The translations under genes and the position numbers were made by a program. From Trichoplax adhaerens (Eukaryota; Animalia; Placozoa), in NCBI RefSeq assembly GCF_000150275.1, contig NW_002060943.1, forward strand, positions 408,353-472,352: a DNA stretch of 64,000 nt, read 5' to 3'. Positions 63,085 to 64,000 of this stretch are shown here, piece after piece (positions within the stretch are counted from its first letter, which is position 1; every line of letters starts with the position of its first letter). The notes beneath the pieces are model-generated. The model was not told the origin of the DNA. It ran no database searches and was given only the letters and a program-made list of their open reading frames with translations.

Positions 63085-64000
63085 ATGAGGTGATTGCGCT
63101 TGTAGATTATGTGGTTGCACACCGTACAGTACCGTAGCAATAAGGAAAGTGAATCGTTAATCTCATATTATAATTCCCTATTTAGGATTAACTCAACTAC
63201 GAATATTATTTTTGATTAAAACTAAATCGAACCAAACGTTATCATTCGCCACTAGTCTCCGAACTTACTGTAATTCCTAACCCTAAAGGCGATTACAAGT
63301 CAATCTGGAAGTTTTTGACAATCCTAGCAATTTTAGGACTGTGCAACCTCGGGTATTGGCCATATCATAATCGATCTCTATACGAGTATATCGAATGATT
63401 GAATACCAATTATTCAGTTATGAATTGATCAACAGTAAAAGGATATGGAATCGCTACGATCTGATGATCTATTCTGCAGTAATTGTTTTGTATGGTTTGT
63501 ATGAGTACGAAGACAGTGGAATGGCGCAGACTTGTCTCGTTGATAGGATCAACTTGTTCCAAGTATTCTTCTTCAGTTCATAGTAGGGCTGCAAGAAGTG
63601 AAGAGGAAATAAGCTTTCCTTCTTTTCCCTTGTTCGGAGCTCAGAAAAACTTTCACTCCATGGAGGTAAAGGGAAATCTTGATTCTTAGCTCAGCACTTA
63701 GAAGTAATAATTACTATGTACTTTGCAGGGGTGTTTATTTTCTTATCAGACGTAGAAAAAGGGAAAAAATATTACTGAAACTAAGGTAAAGTGGCCATAT
63801 TTAACACCATTACGTAGCTAGAGAGCTGAACTTTTTATACAAGTTGATCGAATTATGCTATTCGTCATGTCCATTATAAAATATCAGTTGAAAGACGAAA
63901 TGTGCTACAGAACAGTGGAAGCTCTTAGTAATAATAATAATTGATCAAGAACTTTGCCATCCAAGAGTTGGAAACGAAAATAAAACATAGCGGTACAGTG
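63085..64000 (+). repeat. Apparently identical copy of 3991-4906 (offset 59,094 bp)
   Basis: Identical ORFs 4301/63395 and 4389/63483; both ends match by eye; the copy runs to the window edge. Confidence 0.95.

Overview
AT-rich eukaryotic genomic DNA with compact genes and short GT-AG introns. It is metazoan, and intron size, composition and divergence suggest a placozoan such as Trichoplax (my inference, not verified). I reconstructed ten spliced genes by hand: a 5'-truncated ARHGEF9/ARHGEF4/SPATA13-family RhoGEF, RagA/B, DCN1, U2SURP, EIF2A, SPRYD7, PCID2, a secreted C-type-lectin/trypsin-fold protease fusion, TCTEX1D2 and UQCRH. An ~11 kb gene-poor stretch (37.7-49 kb) holds a probable non-autonomous Helitron and satellites. 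After a 50-N gap, the last 916 bp repeat 3991-4906. The most striking unexplained signal is regulatory: all seven housekeeping genes whose 5' end is in the window are preceded by dense (GTAC[A/T])n-like palindromic tracts, sometimes amplified into tandem arrays. The ciliary gene instead has a perfect RFX X-box, the respiratory gene has four NRF1-type sites inside a tandem repeat, and the secreted protease has a TATA box. Other highlights are a spliced uORF ending on the RagA start codon, a G->E change in the RagA P-loop, and a palindromic poly(A) signal shared by two convergent genes. All calls come from manual reading and recalled homologues; no searches were run. CDS coordinates span introns.
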